64,000 nt of DNA from Thermoplasmata archaeon (GCA_035499455.1 DATJYS010000007.1:130787-194786); one strand, 5' to 3'. Counted from the stretch's first letter, positions 28,201 to 37,915 are shown. Translations and numbers: made by a program. The notes: generated from the letters alone by a model not told the origin.

Positions 28201-28806
28201 CTAGCGCACGTCGCGCCAGCCGTGGGCCAGGGCAAGGAGACCGACGACCCAGAGGACGGCGGCCACGGCGCCGACGTAGTACAGCCGAACCGTGAGGAGG
28301 ATCAGCGTCGGTTCGAGCAGGAGCAGGACGAGACTCGAGGCGAAGAGCCGGTGCGCCCGCATCTCATAGAGCGAGGCGCGGGGATGCTGGGTGCGAAGGC
28401 ACTCCATCTCGAACCAGAAGTTGAGCGACGAGAGGGAGATCAGGAACAGGCTCACGACGATGTTGAGCAGCGTCGCCTGGTAGAGCCGGTCGTCGATCTG
28501 CCCCGCCGCGGCCCGGTCGTACAGAAAGATCAGAACGAAGGTGAGGATCGCGATGCACGTTCCCCCGAGCCCGGCCGTGAGCGAGCGGTTCTCGTTCGCG
28601 TCCTGGTACTCGACCAGGAAGGCCGGCGCCACGGACGCCTCCGCTCCGAACGCCCTACCGGGGGTGCGGGGGCCCGCCGGGGTCGTCGCTGCACCGCCCG
28701 GGTCCATTCCTCTCGCGCATTCCCGTCGACCTACTTGAGGCTCGTTGCCCGCCCACGAGTCCGGCCGCGGACGGCGACAAAGCGAGTCGGCGCGAGGCTC
28801 GGGCAA
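28201..28806 (-). CDS. membrane protein, hypothetical
   Basis: Three TM helices in the C-terminal two thirds. The N-terminus is uncertain and the start may be the internal MDPGG. Confidence 0.4.
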   Translation of the reverse strand: MPEPRADSLCRRPRPDSWAGNEPQVGRRECARGMDPGGAATTPAGPRTPGRAFGAEASVAPAFLVEYQDANENRSLTAGLGGTCIAILTFVLIFLYDRAAAGQIDDRLYQATLLNIVVSLFLISLSSLNFWFEMECLRTQHPRASLYEMRAHRLFASSLVLLLLEPTLILLTVRLYYVGAVAAVLWVVGLLALAHGWRDVR

Positions 28807-28914
28807 GCCCGCCCACTCCCGGGGAGTCTCCGCCCCCTAGAAGACCTCGAATACACCGAAGGTTCCCACCCTCCTCGCCCGATGGCTACCCCCTCGTCCG
28901 GTCTCCCTGCCACG

Positions 28915-29886
28915 ATGAAGGCGTGGACGTTCGACCGCTACGGCCCTCCGGACGTCCTCGCGTGGACGGACGTCCCTCTGCCAACGTTCCGCGACGAGGA
29001 CGAGCTGCTGGTCCGCGTTCGGGCCGCGTCCGTGAATCCGGCCGACCGCCACTCGCTGAAGCCGCCCTTTCTCCTCCGCCGGCGTCAGGGATTCCTCCGA
29101 CCGAGGCTCGGAAGGCTCGGCAGCGATTTCGCGGGGCGGATCGAGGAGGTCGGCAAGAACGTGAAGGACCTGCGGGTCGGCGACGAGGTGTTCGGGGTCG
29201 GTCGGGGAACCTTCGCCGAGTACGCGGTCGCGGATCAGAGCCAGGTGATGCTGCGTCCGGCCGGGCTCTCGCCGGAGCAGGCCGCCGCGGCGCCGATCGC
29301 CGGCGTCACCGCCCTCCAGGGGCTCCGGGACCGGGGGCATCTCGGTCCGGGGCAGCGGGTGCTGATCAACGGAGCGTCGGGGGGTGTGGGCACCTATGCG
29401 GTGCAGATCGCCGCGGCGCTGGGCGCCGAGGTGAGCGCGGTGTCGGGCCCCCAGAACGTCGAGCAGACCCGATCGCTCGGCGCTTCCCGCGTCTTTGACT
29501 ACTCGACGGAGGACTTCACCCGGAGCGGCCTCCGGTGGGACCTCATCGTCGACACCCAGCTCAACCACTCGCTCGCGCAGTATCGCGCGGCGCTCAACCG
29601 CCGGGGGACGCTCGTGGCGATCGGGGCCGGGCCGGGGCCGGTGGGAACCGTGCTACGACGCCTCCTGGGAACGTGGGCGGCCTCCCAGATCGTGGGACCG
29701 CGGCTGAGGTTCTTCATCGCCTCGATCCAGCGCAAGAGCCTCGAGGAGATTGCGGCGCTTCTCGTATCCGGCAAAGTGACGTCGGTGATCGACCGACGGT
29801 ACCCTCTCTCCGAGGTCCCCGCGGCGATTCGGTACCTCGCGGAAGGGCACGCGCGCGGAAAGATCCTGGTGACGTACGGTACCTAA
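28915..29886 (+). CDS. NADPH:quinone oxidoreductase / MDR-family zinc-independent dehydrogenase
   Basis: MKAWTFDRYGPPDVL...GASGGVGTYAVQIA. An alternative ATG lies at 28882. The ORF's 5' extension back to 28165 is antisense to the membrane-protein gene. Confidence 0.7.
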   Translation: MKAWTFDRYGPPDVLAWTDVPLPTFRDEDELLVRVRAASVNPADRHSLKPPFLLRRRQGFLRPRLGRLGSDFAGRIEEVGKNVKDLRVGDEVFGVGRGTFAEYAVADQSQVMLRPAGLSPEQAAAAPIAGVTALQGLRDRGHLGPGQRVLINGASGGVGTYAVQIAAALGAEVSAVSGPQNVEQTRSLGASRVFDYSTEDFTRSGLRWDLIVDTQLNHSLAQYRAALNRRGTLVAIGAGPGPVGTVLRRLLGTWAASQIVGPRLRFFIASIQRKSLEEIAALLVSGKVTSVIDRRYPLSEVPAAIRYLAEGHARGKILVTYGT

Positions 29887-30058
29887 CGTCGCGCGCACCA
29901 CAAGCGCCTTCGTCGCCCCGCTCCGCCCGGGGATCCACCCCGCCGGTCGCGAGGGAGAGGTCCTCGGGGCCGCCTGCGCGTGCCGCGAGGGGTTCATTTA
30001 GAGGAAAGCGCACCAATTCTGCTCGGCGGGGCCCGGTCCGATCCCCCCCAAAGCGAAG

Positions 30059-30355
30059 ATGGTCGATCTCCTGGTACGGTGCGAGCACGGCGACCCGGTC
30101 GAGACGGCCCTCGGCCACGTCCGCGAGGTGATCAAGTACGGCTACCCGCCGACCGGCGCGGGCCCCCTCTGGGAGCATCTGCGACACTCGGGGTTCTGCG
30201 TCGCGCCGAGCGACGGTCCGATGACCGACCAGCCCGTGGAGTCCCCCGAGGCGTGGCGCGTCGGTCGCCAGTTCGCCGCCGCGATCCTCTGGACGGCGTT
30301 CCGCAGCGGCGGGATCCGGTGGGATCCGAAGACCGGACTCTACTCCGTTCGCTGA
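30059..30355 (+). CDS. small hypothetical protein
   Basis: 98 aa with non-biased composition. Confidence 0.3.
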   Translation: MVDLLVRCEHGDPVETALGHVREVIKYGYPPTGAGPLWEHLRHSGFCVAPSDGPMTDQPVESPEAWRVGRQFAAAILWTAFRSGGIRWDPKTGLYSVR

Positions 30356-30942
30356 CGCGGCGAGCGTTTGGGCGGGGGCGAGAACCGCTCGCTCCAGGAG
30401 TCCGACAGCTCGTCCCGCCGTGGCTTGTAGACCTCAGCGTAGAACCGTCGCTGGGACTCGAGGGCCCCGCGGTCGTGCGTCTCGATCGCGGCGAGCGCCT
30501 CCTTCCAGGCGGTCCGGAAATTCTCGGGGGTGCCGAACCGGGCGACCACGGCCTCCTCGAACGCTTGCTGGGTCTGGTCGCGCCCGCCGATGGTGAAGAG
30601 GAGCTCCGGCGAGCTCGGGTCGCGGATCGCCTCCTCGTCGCCGAGCCGGAACCGCTCGGGCACGGGGTGCTCCGGGCCGCCGGACGACGGAGCGTCCCGC
30701 GAAGGGGCGCTCCCGCTGAATCCCCGCTTCGCCGCCGCGTAGAAGATCGCCCGGTTCAACCCCCAGGAGTACGCGGAGTCGAGCGGCAGGCCGAGGGTCT
30801 TGGCCCGCGCCGCCTGCAGGACCGCCATCACCACGAACCGGGTCACTCGTCCTTGGTTGCGCACCATCCGGTCACCGTCCCGTGGGCTCGCCGCCGGTGG
30901 CTTTCTCCTCCGGAGCGTGCCGGGAGCGCTCGGAGAGCGCAT
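30340..30942 (-). CDS. hypothetical protein downstream of the flotillin gene
   Basis: Begins 8 nt after the flotillin stop on the same strand. No recognisable family. Not NfeD-like. Confidence 0.4.
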   Translation of the reverse strand: MRSPSAPGTLRRRKPPAASPRDGDRMVRNQGRVTRFVVMAVLQAARAKTLGLPLDSAYSWGLNRAIFYAAAKRGFSGSAPSRDAPSSGGPEHPVPERFRLGDEEAIRDPSSPELLFTIGGRDQTQQAFEEAVVARFGTPENFRTAWKEALAAIETHDRGALESQRRFYAEVYKPRRDELSDSWSERFSPPPKRSPRQRTE

Positions 30943-30950
30943 CGCCGCCG

Positions 30951-33050
30951 CTACGACGGGTCGCCATCGGTGTCGTCGCTCCTGGGCCGCTTGGAGAGCT
31001 TGATCCGTTGGACGGGGTCCGCGGGAGGGTCGGGAGGCGGGACGGAGAGGGAGGGGATCGGGTCCGGCGGAAGCGGGATGCTCGGATCCTGGTGGGAGGG
31101 AGCGCTCGTCAACGGCGAAATATAGTCCGGCTCCTGGCTCGGGGAGTACCGCGTCGCCGTCGCCTGGGACTTCTGCGCGAGCAGGGTCGCGAGGTACGCC
31201 GAGAACATCGTGTTGGTCCCGTCGGCGCCGCCGCCCGCGGTGACGAGCGTGTCCGGCGTGATCCGGACCTTGCCGGCCTGGAGCAGGTCGACCGTCTTGA
31301 TCAGGGCGACCTTGTCGGAACCGATCACGTCGGCCTGGGCGTGGTAGGCGTCGGCCTGGGCCTCTCCGACGCGACGGATCGCCGCGGCGTTCCCGTCAGC
31401 CACGATCCGCGTGGAGTCGCGGACCCCTTCCGCCTGCTTCACCGCGGCCTTCGCGTTGTTCTGGTTGATGACGATCTGCAGGTCCGCTTGGACGACCTGC
31501 GGCTGCAGGTTCGCCCGCGCCGTCATCTCCTGCACGGAGATCCGCTGGCGCTCCGCGGACGCCTGCTCGACGTACTGAGCCTGCTGCTGGACGGCGATCT
31601 CCTTGTTCGTCTGCGTGGCGAGCAGGGTCTCGTCGACCTGGATGTAGGAGATCAGCAGGTTCTGCGCCTCGACCATGTACCGCTGGAAGGCGAGCCGGGC
31701 CTTGTCGAGCGCCTCCTGCTGCAGCTGGGAGCGGCTGCGGACGAACTCGAGCGCCTGCTTCTCGCCGGCGTTGTTCCGGAACTCGGCGTCGATGAGCGGA
31801 TGGACAATCTGCTGGATCAGATTGAAGACGGATCCGAACCGGGCGATCACGAACGCTGCGTTCTCCGGGAGGATCCGGATGACCATCCGGACGTCGACCT
31901 CGAGCTGGAAGCCGTCCTTGCTCGTCACCTTGAGCTGGTTGAACTTGAAGAACTCGACCCCGGCGGCGGAGTCGGCCGTCAGGTACGGATACGCCGACTG
32001 GTCCCGGGCCGGAGCGGCCGAGGGGCGCGACATCCCCGGGGCGCTCGGTCGCTCGGAGCTCGCCCAATCCACCATGATCGCGCTGGTCGGAACGAGGTAG
32101 GCCGTGAACGCCTTCGTGTTGAGATTGTACTTGCCCGGAGCGAGCGGGCTGCGCCAGATCCCCCGGCGGTTCCGGTCGGTGGTGAGCAGGCTCTCGACCT
32201 CCGCGGTCAGCTTCTGGTCGAAATCGGGAGCGGAGGAGACCGGCATCGGGTGATCCTGAGGTCGGTCGAGCTCCTCGCCGATGTTCGACCGAAGAACCGC
32301 GACGAATCCCGGAGGCACCTCGTAGTTGTCGATGACCCCGACCTCGAACAGGAGGGGGTTGACGTAGTACGTCCCCGGCTGGATGGTGTCGACCTGGGGG
32401 CCTCGGAATCCCCCGCTGTCGAGGAACGCGGGGCCGTCCTGGAAGAAGTTGTGGTCGCGCGCCGCGGGGAACTGGTGGGTGGGGGTCGAGAGCGGGGTCG
32501 GGGCGACGAGAAGCCGCGACGGCAGGGGCCTCCCGTCCTGGGCGGTCACCAGGCCGACCTTGCCGGCCGTCACCTGGATCGCTCCGAGGAGGGTGGGGGC
32601 GAAGAGGCGGGTGTTGAGCCGGTACCGGCCCGGTCGAAGGAACGCCACCTGCGGACCCTTGAATCCGCCCCCGTCCAGGAATCGCTCTCCGTCCTGGAAC
32701 TGGTTCGACTCCACCTCATCGCCCAACCGCCGGCCCTGCTTGAGCGGTCGGCCGTCGATCGCCTCGATCGTGGCGATGTTGTCCGGACCGACCTCGATGA
32801 CCGGGACCTTCTGGACGCTCCAGATGATCGGGGCCCGGTAGTACAGTCCCGGGACCAGGGTCGCCGCCTGGACGCCGATCTGACCGTGCCGCGCGATCAC
32901 CTGTCCGGGCGGCATGCGCTTGCCGCCCAGCTTGCGGGTGACGATCCCGACCTGGTTCTCGTGGATGAGGTACAGGCCCAGGATCAGAAAGACGATGAGC
33001 ACGAAGGCGACGATCAGTCCGAGAGCGACGATCGCTACCGTGTAATCCAT
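30951..33050 (-). CDS. SPFH/band-7 flotillin-like protein with internal duplication and Pro-rich tail
   Basis: N-terminal TM helix, then an SPFH region. The flotillin-type C-terminal coiled-coil is ...QQQAQYVEQASAERQRISVQEMTARANLQPQVVQADLQ.... A duplicated motif appears as FQDGERFLDGGGFKGPQVAFLRPG and FFQDGPAFLDSGGFRGPQVDTIQPG. The tail is PLPPDPIPSLSVPPPDPPADP. Confidence 0.7.
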   Translation of the reverse strand: MDYTVAIVALGLIVAFVLIVFLILGLYLIHENQVGIVTRKLGGKRMPPGQVIARHGQIGVQAATLVPGLYYRAPIIWSVQKVPVIEVGPDNIATIEAIDGRPLKQGRRLGDEVESNQFQDGERFLDGGGFKGPQVAFLRPGRYRLNTRLFAPTLLGAIQVTAGKVGLVTAQDGRPLPSRLLVAPTPLSTPTHQFPAARDHNFFQDGPAFLDSGGFRGPQVDTIQPGTYYVNPLLFEVGVIDNYEVPPGFVAVLRSNIGEELDRPQDHPMPVSSAPDFDQKLTAEVESLLTTDRNRRGIWRSPLAPGKYNLNTKAFTAYLVPTSAIMVDWASSERPSAPGMSRPSAAPARDQSAYPYLTADSAAGVEFFKFNQLKVTSKDGFQLEVDVRMVIRILPENAAFVIARFGSVFNLIQQIVHPLIDAEFRNNAGEKQALEFVRSRSQLQQEALDKARLAFQRYMVEAQNLLISYIQVDETLLATQTNKEIAVQQQAQYVEQASAERQRISVQEMTARANLQPQVVQADLQIVINQNNAKAAVKQAEGVRDSTRIVADGNAAAIRRVGEAQADAYHAQADVIGSDKVALIKTVDLLQAGKVRITPDTLVTAGGGADGTNTMFSAYLATLLAQKSQATATRYSPSQEPDYISPLTSAPSHQDPSIPLPPDPIPSLSVPPPDPPADPVQRIKLSKRPRSDDTDGDPS

Positions 33051-33220
33051 CGCCCCTCACCCTCCCTGCCCGGTGCGCCCGGACGTCAACCGGGCACCGG
33101 CCGAGAGTAGTTGAGCGCACCCCCCGGGTCGGGGTGACGGGACCTGGGGCCCCCGAGCATCACCCCTCGGACCTCCGAGCCTCCGGCGCAGCGGCCGGGG
33201 GCGCGGTGGCATTATGAGCG

Positions 33221-33796
33221 TTGGTGTACCCCGAGCCGACCGTGCTCGTCCTGTCCGTGAACGTGGGGACCCCGGCACTCCTCGGGACGGCCGGGGGCGC
33301 GCCGGTCGTCTCCGGGATAGTGAAGTCGCCGGTCCGGGGGCCGGTCCGCGTCGTGCGGAACAACCTCGAGGGGGACCGTCAGGCCGATCTCCGGGTTCAC
33401 GGAGGAGAGGAGAAGGCGGTGTATCTCTACCCCTCCGAGCACTATGCGCACTGGCGGGGGGTCTTTCCTCACCGCTCGCTGGAGTGGGGAGCGTTCGGCG
33501 AGAACCTCACGACCGAGGGCCTGATCGAGACCGGCGTGCACCAGGGCGATCGCCTCCGCATCGGGAGCGCGGAACTGGAAGTGACCCGCCCGCGCTTCCC
33601 GTGCTCGAAGCTCGCCCTTCGATTCGGGACCGACCGGATGGTCCGGTGGTTCCTGGACTCCGGGCGCACCGGATTCTACCTCAAGATCCGGGAGGAAGGA
33701 GTGCTCCAGTCGGGGGACCCGATCACGCTCCGGCCCGGATCGCCGAGAGGCCCCCGCCTCGACGCGCTCGTCCGGGCGCGCCAAGCCTCCGACTGA
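33221..33796 (+). CDS. MOSC-domain protein (YiiM-like)
   Basis: GENLTTEGLIETGVHQGDRLRIGSAELEVTRPRFPCSKL matches the MOSC beta-barrel signature. Confidence 0.65.
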   Translation: MVYPEPTVLVLSVNVGTPALLGTAGGAPVVSGIVKSPVRGPVRVVRNNLEGDRQADLRVHGGEEKAVYLYPSEHYAHWRGVFPHRSLEWGAFGENLTTEGLIETGVHQGDRLRIGSAELEVTRPRFPCSKLALRFGTDRMVRWFLDSGRTGFYLKIREEGVLQSGDPITLRPGSPRGPRLDALVRARQASD

Positions 33797-34279
33797 GCGC
33801 GATCCTCCCGCCCGGCCCGCGTGGACCGTGCAGGCGGTATCGCCGGCGCACGGATCCCGTCCCGCACGACGGGCGCGCCGGTTCTCCACGCTCGGATTTC
33901 AAAGACCCGGTTGAACGGGCTCTCGGGCGCCTTCACGAGCTCCCCGGGCGTCCGTCCCCCCTGGCACGTTCAGCGCCTTGTACGTCCCGAGGCGCTCTCC
34001 AAGCACGAGGGTGGAGCCGTGCATCGCGGCTCCGAGATCTTGACCGAACCTCCCGATGAACTGGTTGAGCTTCTCCCGGTCGAGCGGCTGGATTTCGCTC
34101 ATCGATGCGGGAGCTCCTCTCTCCGGCGGGCGCCGGAACGGCCTTCTAGGGTACTTATCCCGGAACGCTCGGGCCAGTACGGAAAGCAGCGGCGTTGCGG
34201 CCGGAACCCTTGGGACCCATACCAGCACCGGGTCGTTCACGAACGACCGCGACGGAGGCCCGCTCCACCCGATGAGCAC

Positions 34280-34738
34280 TCACTCCACCGATCGACGGCC
34301 CCGATGCTTCGACGGCTCCTTCGACTCGGTCGGGCCGGCCCGTACGACCAGGGCCGCGTGGCGGAATGTGGCCGCCGGAGGGGGATCGACGCCCTGGGGC
34401 AGCTGGGGCACGCTGACGTTGAGCATCACGACGGGACGGTCGGATCCGACGGCGAAGCCGTGGGGGATCCCGCCCGGTATGTAGAACGAGTCACCCTCCC
34501 GCAGGGGCCGCTCCTCGTCCACGACGAGCAGGGTGCCTTCCCCGGCCAACACCACGCCGAGCTCCGCGAACGGGTGCTCGTGGAGCTCGAAGCGGCGTCC
34601 CTGGGCCATGTGGTAGAGGCTGATCGAGCTCCCGTTGCCGTCCACCATGCGCCGGACATGGACGCCGCCGGCCAGGGCCGTCCACCCGGGCGCCGGGTCG
34701 AATCGGACGCGAGACTTGGGCCGCTCCACGAGCGTCAT
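34280..34738 (-). CDS. cupin-domain protein
   Basis: LHEHPFAELGVVLAGEGTLLV...GGIPHGF (cupin motifs 1 and 2). Start taken at MTLVERP. Confidence 0.6.
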   Translation of the reverse strand: MTLVERPKSRVRFDPAPGWTALAGGVHVRRMVDGNGSSISLYHMAQGRRFELHEHPFAELGVVLAGEGTLLVVDEERPLREGDSFYIPGGIPHGFAVGSDRPVVMLNVSVPQLPQGVDPPPAATFRHAALVVRAGPTESKEPSKHRGRRSVE

Positions 34739-35048
34739 ACCCGCCCTCCTCGGATAAGAGGGTTTCATCGCCCCCAGGGACCGGCGGACCTCCTGGCCGG
34801 GACCGCTCGGTGATCGTGGCAGTGGTCAGGCGGGGTGCGGCTGTAGCTCGGGATCCCCGCCGGGGTGCCCTACCGACACCCCCCACGTCAACGTGCGCCC
34901 GCGGACGCGGGGCGAAGATCCGCACCCGCATCGGGATGGGTCGCGACGACCACTAGACTAGGGTGGGATGGTGGCCGGAGCTGGCCGACGACCGGGTTCG
35001 CGGGGTGGGGAAAACCGCATTAACCCCACCCGGCTCCCGTCGCATACC

Positions 35049-35336
35049 ATGGGTGACATCGCAAGCATCCGCGCCAACCAGAACGCGACCTTCGCCGCAA
35101 CGATCACCGCAATCTCCGCGCCCCGTGAGGTCACGACCTCGCGCGGCACCTCCTCGGTGGCCGACGCCACGCTTCAGGACGACACCGGAACCACGACGCT
35201 GACCCTGTGGGGCGAGGACATCACGAAGTACAAGGTCGGCTCGAAGCTCCAGATCACGGACGGCTGGGTCAAGGACTTCAAGGGGAAGCTCCAGGTCTCG
35301 CTCGGCCGCTCCGGGAAGATCACGGTCCTCCCGTAG
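35049..35336 (+). CDS. single OB-fold nucleic-acid-binding protein (SSB/RPA-like mini-protein)
   Basis: 95 aa with an OB-fold-like pattern: TLQDDTGTTTLTLWGEDITKYKVGSKLQITDGWVKDFKGKLQVSLGRSGKITVL. ATG at 35049. Confidence 0.45.
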   Translation: MGDIASIRANQNATFAATITAISAPREVTTSRGTSSVADATLQDDTGTTTLTLWGEDITKYKVGSKLQITDGWVKDFKGKLQVSLGRSGKITVLP

Positions 35337-35495
35337 TCCGGTCCGACTCGCCCCCTCGGGGCGGCGGCACCCGCCAACCCGTTCCCCGGGTCTCGTACCC
35401 GGGTCACCGGGCGAGTCCCCGGTCGGCCCCGTTCCCCTCCCCGCCGCTCTCGTCCGTGCTATGGTGTGACATGGTATTAAGGTCCGACGCTCCCG

Positions 35496-36629
35496 GTGCG
35501 GAGCATGTCCGACCCAACGCACGCCCTCCCGGCGTTCCGGAGCGACATCGACCGGCTGGATAGGGAGCTGGCCGAGCGGGTTCGGCGTCGCCTGGCGCTC
35601 GCCCGCAAGGTCGCGCGCTCGAAGTCTCGCCTTGGTCTCCCGCTGCGGGACTATGGGGTGGAAGGTGCGGTCGTCCGGAGGTGGGTTCGTCGCCTCGGGG
35701 CCGCCGGGGTCGACCCGGCCCGGAGCGAGGCGCTCGCCCGGTGGTTGATCGAAGAGTCCGTCCGGGTCCAGGAGCCGCTGGTTCACCGACCCCGCAACCG
35801 GGTCCGGTCCGGTGCGCTGGACCTCGGCATCGTCGGCGGGGCGGGGGCGATGGGTCGCTGGCTGCGCGAGTTCTTCGAGTCCGACGGCCACCGGGTGTCG
35901 GTCGTCGATCCGAGGGCCCGACCGCGCGATCGCCCGACGTTCCCGGGAGTGACCGCGGCGGCCGAACGAATGGACGGCCTCGTCTTCGCGACCCCGATGG
36001 CATCGACTGCCCCCCTTCTGGAGGAAGCGATCGCGTCCGGTCCGGACCTACTGATCTTCGACATCCTGAGCGTAAAGGCCCCGATCGTGCCGGCGATCCA
36101 TCGGGGCGTTCGTCGGGGGCGCCTCCTCACGAGCGTGCACCCGATGTTCGGGCCGTCCGCGCGGACCCTTTCCGGACGAAACCTCCTGATCGTCGGGTGC
36201 GGGGTCCCGGCGGCGGACGCCGCCGCCCGCTCCCTCTTCGAGCACTCGGCGCTCACGATCAGCGACGTGAGCCTCGCCGAACACGACCGGCTGATGGCGG
36301 AGTCCCTCGGCCTGAGCCACGCGGTGAACCTGCTCTTCCTCGGTGCCCTTTCCGAAGGCGGCGGCTCACCGGCCCGGCTCGCCCGGGCCGCCAGCACGAC
36401 GTTCCACCGACAGTCGTCCCTCGCGCTGTCGGTCGCCCGCGAGGGGGTCGAGCTGTATCTCGAGATCCAGGCCTCCAATCCGCACTCCCGCGCGATCTAC
36501 CGGACCCTTCGCTCCCGGCTCGCGGAGCTCGAGAGGGTGGTCGAGCGGCGGGATCTCGAGAGCTTCCGAAAGTGGCTCGGCCGCGGCCGCGCGATGCTGG
36601 AGCCCGGAGCCCGTCCGATGCGGTCGTAG
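35496..36629 (+). CDS. tyrA: bifunctional chorismate mutase / prephenate dehydrogenase (T-protein-like)
   Basis: The N-terminal AroQ chorismate-mutase helix is DIDRLDRELAERVRRRLALARKVARSK. It is followed by the prephenate dehydrogenase domain: DLGIVGGAGAMGRW Rossmann fold and SVHPMFGP. Confidence 0.65.
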   Translation: MRSMSDPTHALPAFRSDIDRLDRELAERVRRRLALARKVARSKSRLGLPLRDYGVEGAVVRRWVRRLGAAGVDPARSEALARWLIEESVRVQEPLVHRPRNRVRSGALDLGIVGGAGAMGRWLREFFESDGHRVSVVDPRARPRDRPTFPGVTAAAERMDGLVFATPMASTAPLLEEAIASGPDLLIFDILSVKAPIVPAIHRGVRRGRLLTSVHPMFGPSARTLSGRNLLIVGCGVPAADAAARSLFEHSALTISDVSLAEHDRLMAESLGLSHAVNLLFLGALSEGGGSPARLARAASTTFHRQSSLALSVAREGVELYLEIQASNPHSRAIYRTLRSRLAELERVVERRDLESFRKWLGRGRAMLEPGARPMRS

Positions 36630-36677
36630 CCACGGAGGGACGGTTTGGCCGGCGCGAGGGCGGTCCACCGTTCGGCG

Positions 36678-37016
36678 CTACGGCGCCGTTCCGATGATCT
36701 CGGCGAGGACGCGGTCCAGCCGATCGTCGCTTGCCAGCACGGCCCACGATTCCACCGAGCGGATCCGTAGGACCCCCGAGCCCATCCAGGGATCCTCGAG
36801 GAGACGGCGACGCACCTCGTCCTCGCTCTCGGAGTGGACGAAGAGGAGGGCGACGTGCGGGGGTCCCGTCCCCAGCGGCCCCGCGATGAGGATGACCCCC
36901 GCGCGAACGAGACCGTTCACGAACGCCGCGTGCTCGCTCCATCCCACCTGCTCCCGCATCGGACGCCCTTCCACCCACGCCGGACCCTGCTCGTTCACCA
37001 CCGCGAAAAACGCCAT
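36678..37016 (-). CDS. YciI-like / Dabb-type small alpha+beta barrel protein
   Basis: 112 aa (MAFFAVVNEQGPAWVEGRPMREQ...GPHVALLFVHSESEDEV). Size and pattern fit the YCII-related domain. Confidence 0.45.
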   Translation of the reverse strand: MAFFAVVNEQGPAWVEGRPMREQVGWSEHAAFVNGLVRAGVILIAGPLGTGPPHVALLFVHSESEDEVRRRLLEDPWMGSGVLRIRSVESWAVLASDDRLDRVLAEIIGTAP

Positions 37017-37214
37017 CGTCGCCGCTCCCGCCCGCGCTCCCCCGAGCCGGGCGAGATAATGAGGGGGGCCACCCCCCGTTAGAACAGGCGGACACTTTCG
37101 TCGGGAAGCAGGTCGTCCACCGCCGAGAGATCGGACGAACGAGGCGGCCCGGCGGGTCTACCGGTTCGAGGGTTGGACGACGAGTCGAGGCTCTCCCGTC
37201 TAGGCCGTTGCGCG

Positions 37215-37262
37215 GAGGAGGGGGGCGGCGTTATATAGGTATTTAAACAGTATATAAGAGAA
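37215..37262. promoter_or_regulatory. strong AT-rich promoter with tandem TATA boxes upstream of tbp
   Basis: The motif ttatataggtatttaaacagtatataagagaacc lies immediately 5' of the ATGATG start at 37265. It is the most AT-rich island in the window. Confidence 0.65.
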
Positions 37263-37264
37263 CC

Positions 37265-37915
37265 ATGATGCGAGTTCGGATCGAGAACGTAGTCGCCTCC
37301 GCGTCGCTCGGCGTCAAGCTCGACCTCGAATCGATCGCGCTCGCCCTGGACGGGGCCGAGTACGAGCCCGAGCGGTTCCCCGGCCTCATCTACCGTCTGA
37401 AGGACCCCAAGACCGCGATGCTGCTCTTCCAATCCGGCAAGGTCGTCTGCACGGGCGGCAAGAGCTGGAAGCAGGTAGACACCACGCTGCGGATCGTCTC
37501 GGACCTGATCCGTAGCACCGGCCAGAAGATCCCTCTCCACCCCAAGATCCAGGTGCAGAACATCGTGGCGACCGCCGACCTTCAGAGCGAGATCAACCTC
37601 AACTCGGTCGCGATCACCCTCGGGCTCGAGCGGGTCGAGTACGAGCCGGAGCAGTTCCCCGGCCTCGTCTGTCGGATTGAGGAGCCGCGCGTGGTCGTGC
37701 TGTTGTTCGGCAGCGGCCGCCTCGTCTGCACCGGCGCGCGCCGACCGACCGATGTACAGCTGGCCGTCCAGAGCATCAAGAACGAGCTGGAAGCGTCCGG
37801 CCTGCTCGGCCGCGAGAAGGGCCGAGCCCCCGGGCCGGATCGTCCGGGGAACCGGCCCGCCCGCCTCACGGTCACGGGTTCTCCCGGCAAGTCCGTCAGC
37901 CCCCTTCCCGCGTAG
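37265..37915 (+). CDS. tbp: TATA-box-binding protein (archaeal TBP) with atypical C-terminal extension
   Basis: Two direct TBP repeats: ENVVASASLGVKLDLESIALAL...EYEPERFPGLIYRL..PKTAMLLFQSGKVVCTGGKS and QNIVATADLQSEINLNSVAITL...EYEPEQFPGLVCRI.EPRVVVLLFGSGRLVCTGAR. The extra C-terminus is a ~34-aa basic Pro/Gly-rich tail. Confidence 0.9.
   Translation: MMRVRIENVVASASLGVKLDLESIALALDGAEYEPERFPGLIYRLKDPKTAMLLFQSGKVVCTGGKSWKQVDTTLRIVSDLIRSTGQKIPLHPKIQVQNIVATADLQSEINLNSVAITLGLERVEYEPEQFPGLVCRIEEPRVVVLLFGSGRLVCTGARRPTDVQLAVQSIKNELEASGLLGREKGRAPGPDRPGNRPARLTVTGSPGKSVSPLPA

Noticed and set aside
28165-28880. 5' extension of the long ORF 28165..29886
   Set aside because: This portion is antisense to the membrane-protein gene 28201..28806 and is R/E/D-rich. 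The oxidoreductase homology starts at MATPSS or MKAWTF (28882/28915).
30882-33110. 742-aa plus-strand ORF
   Set aside because: Antisense to the flotillin gene. Composition dominated by R/G/D/L/V repeats with no domain signatures.
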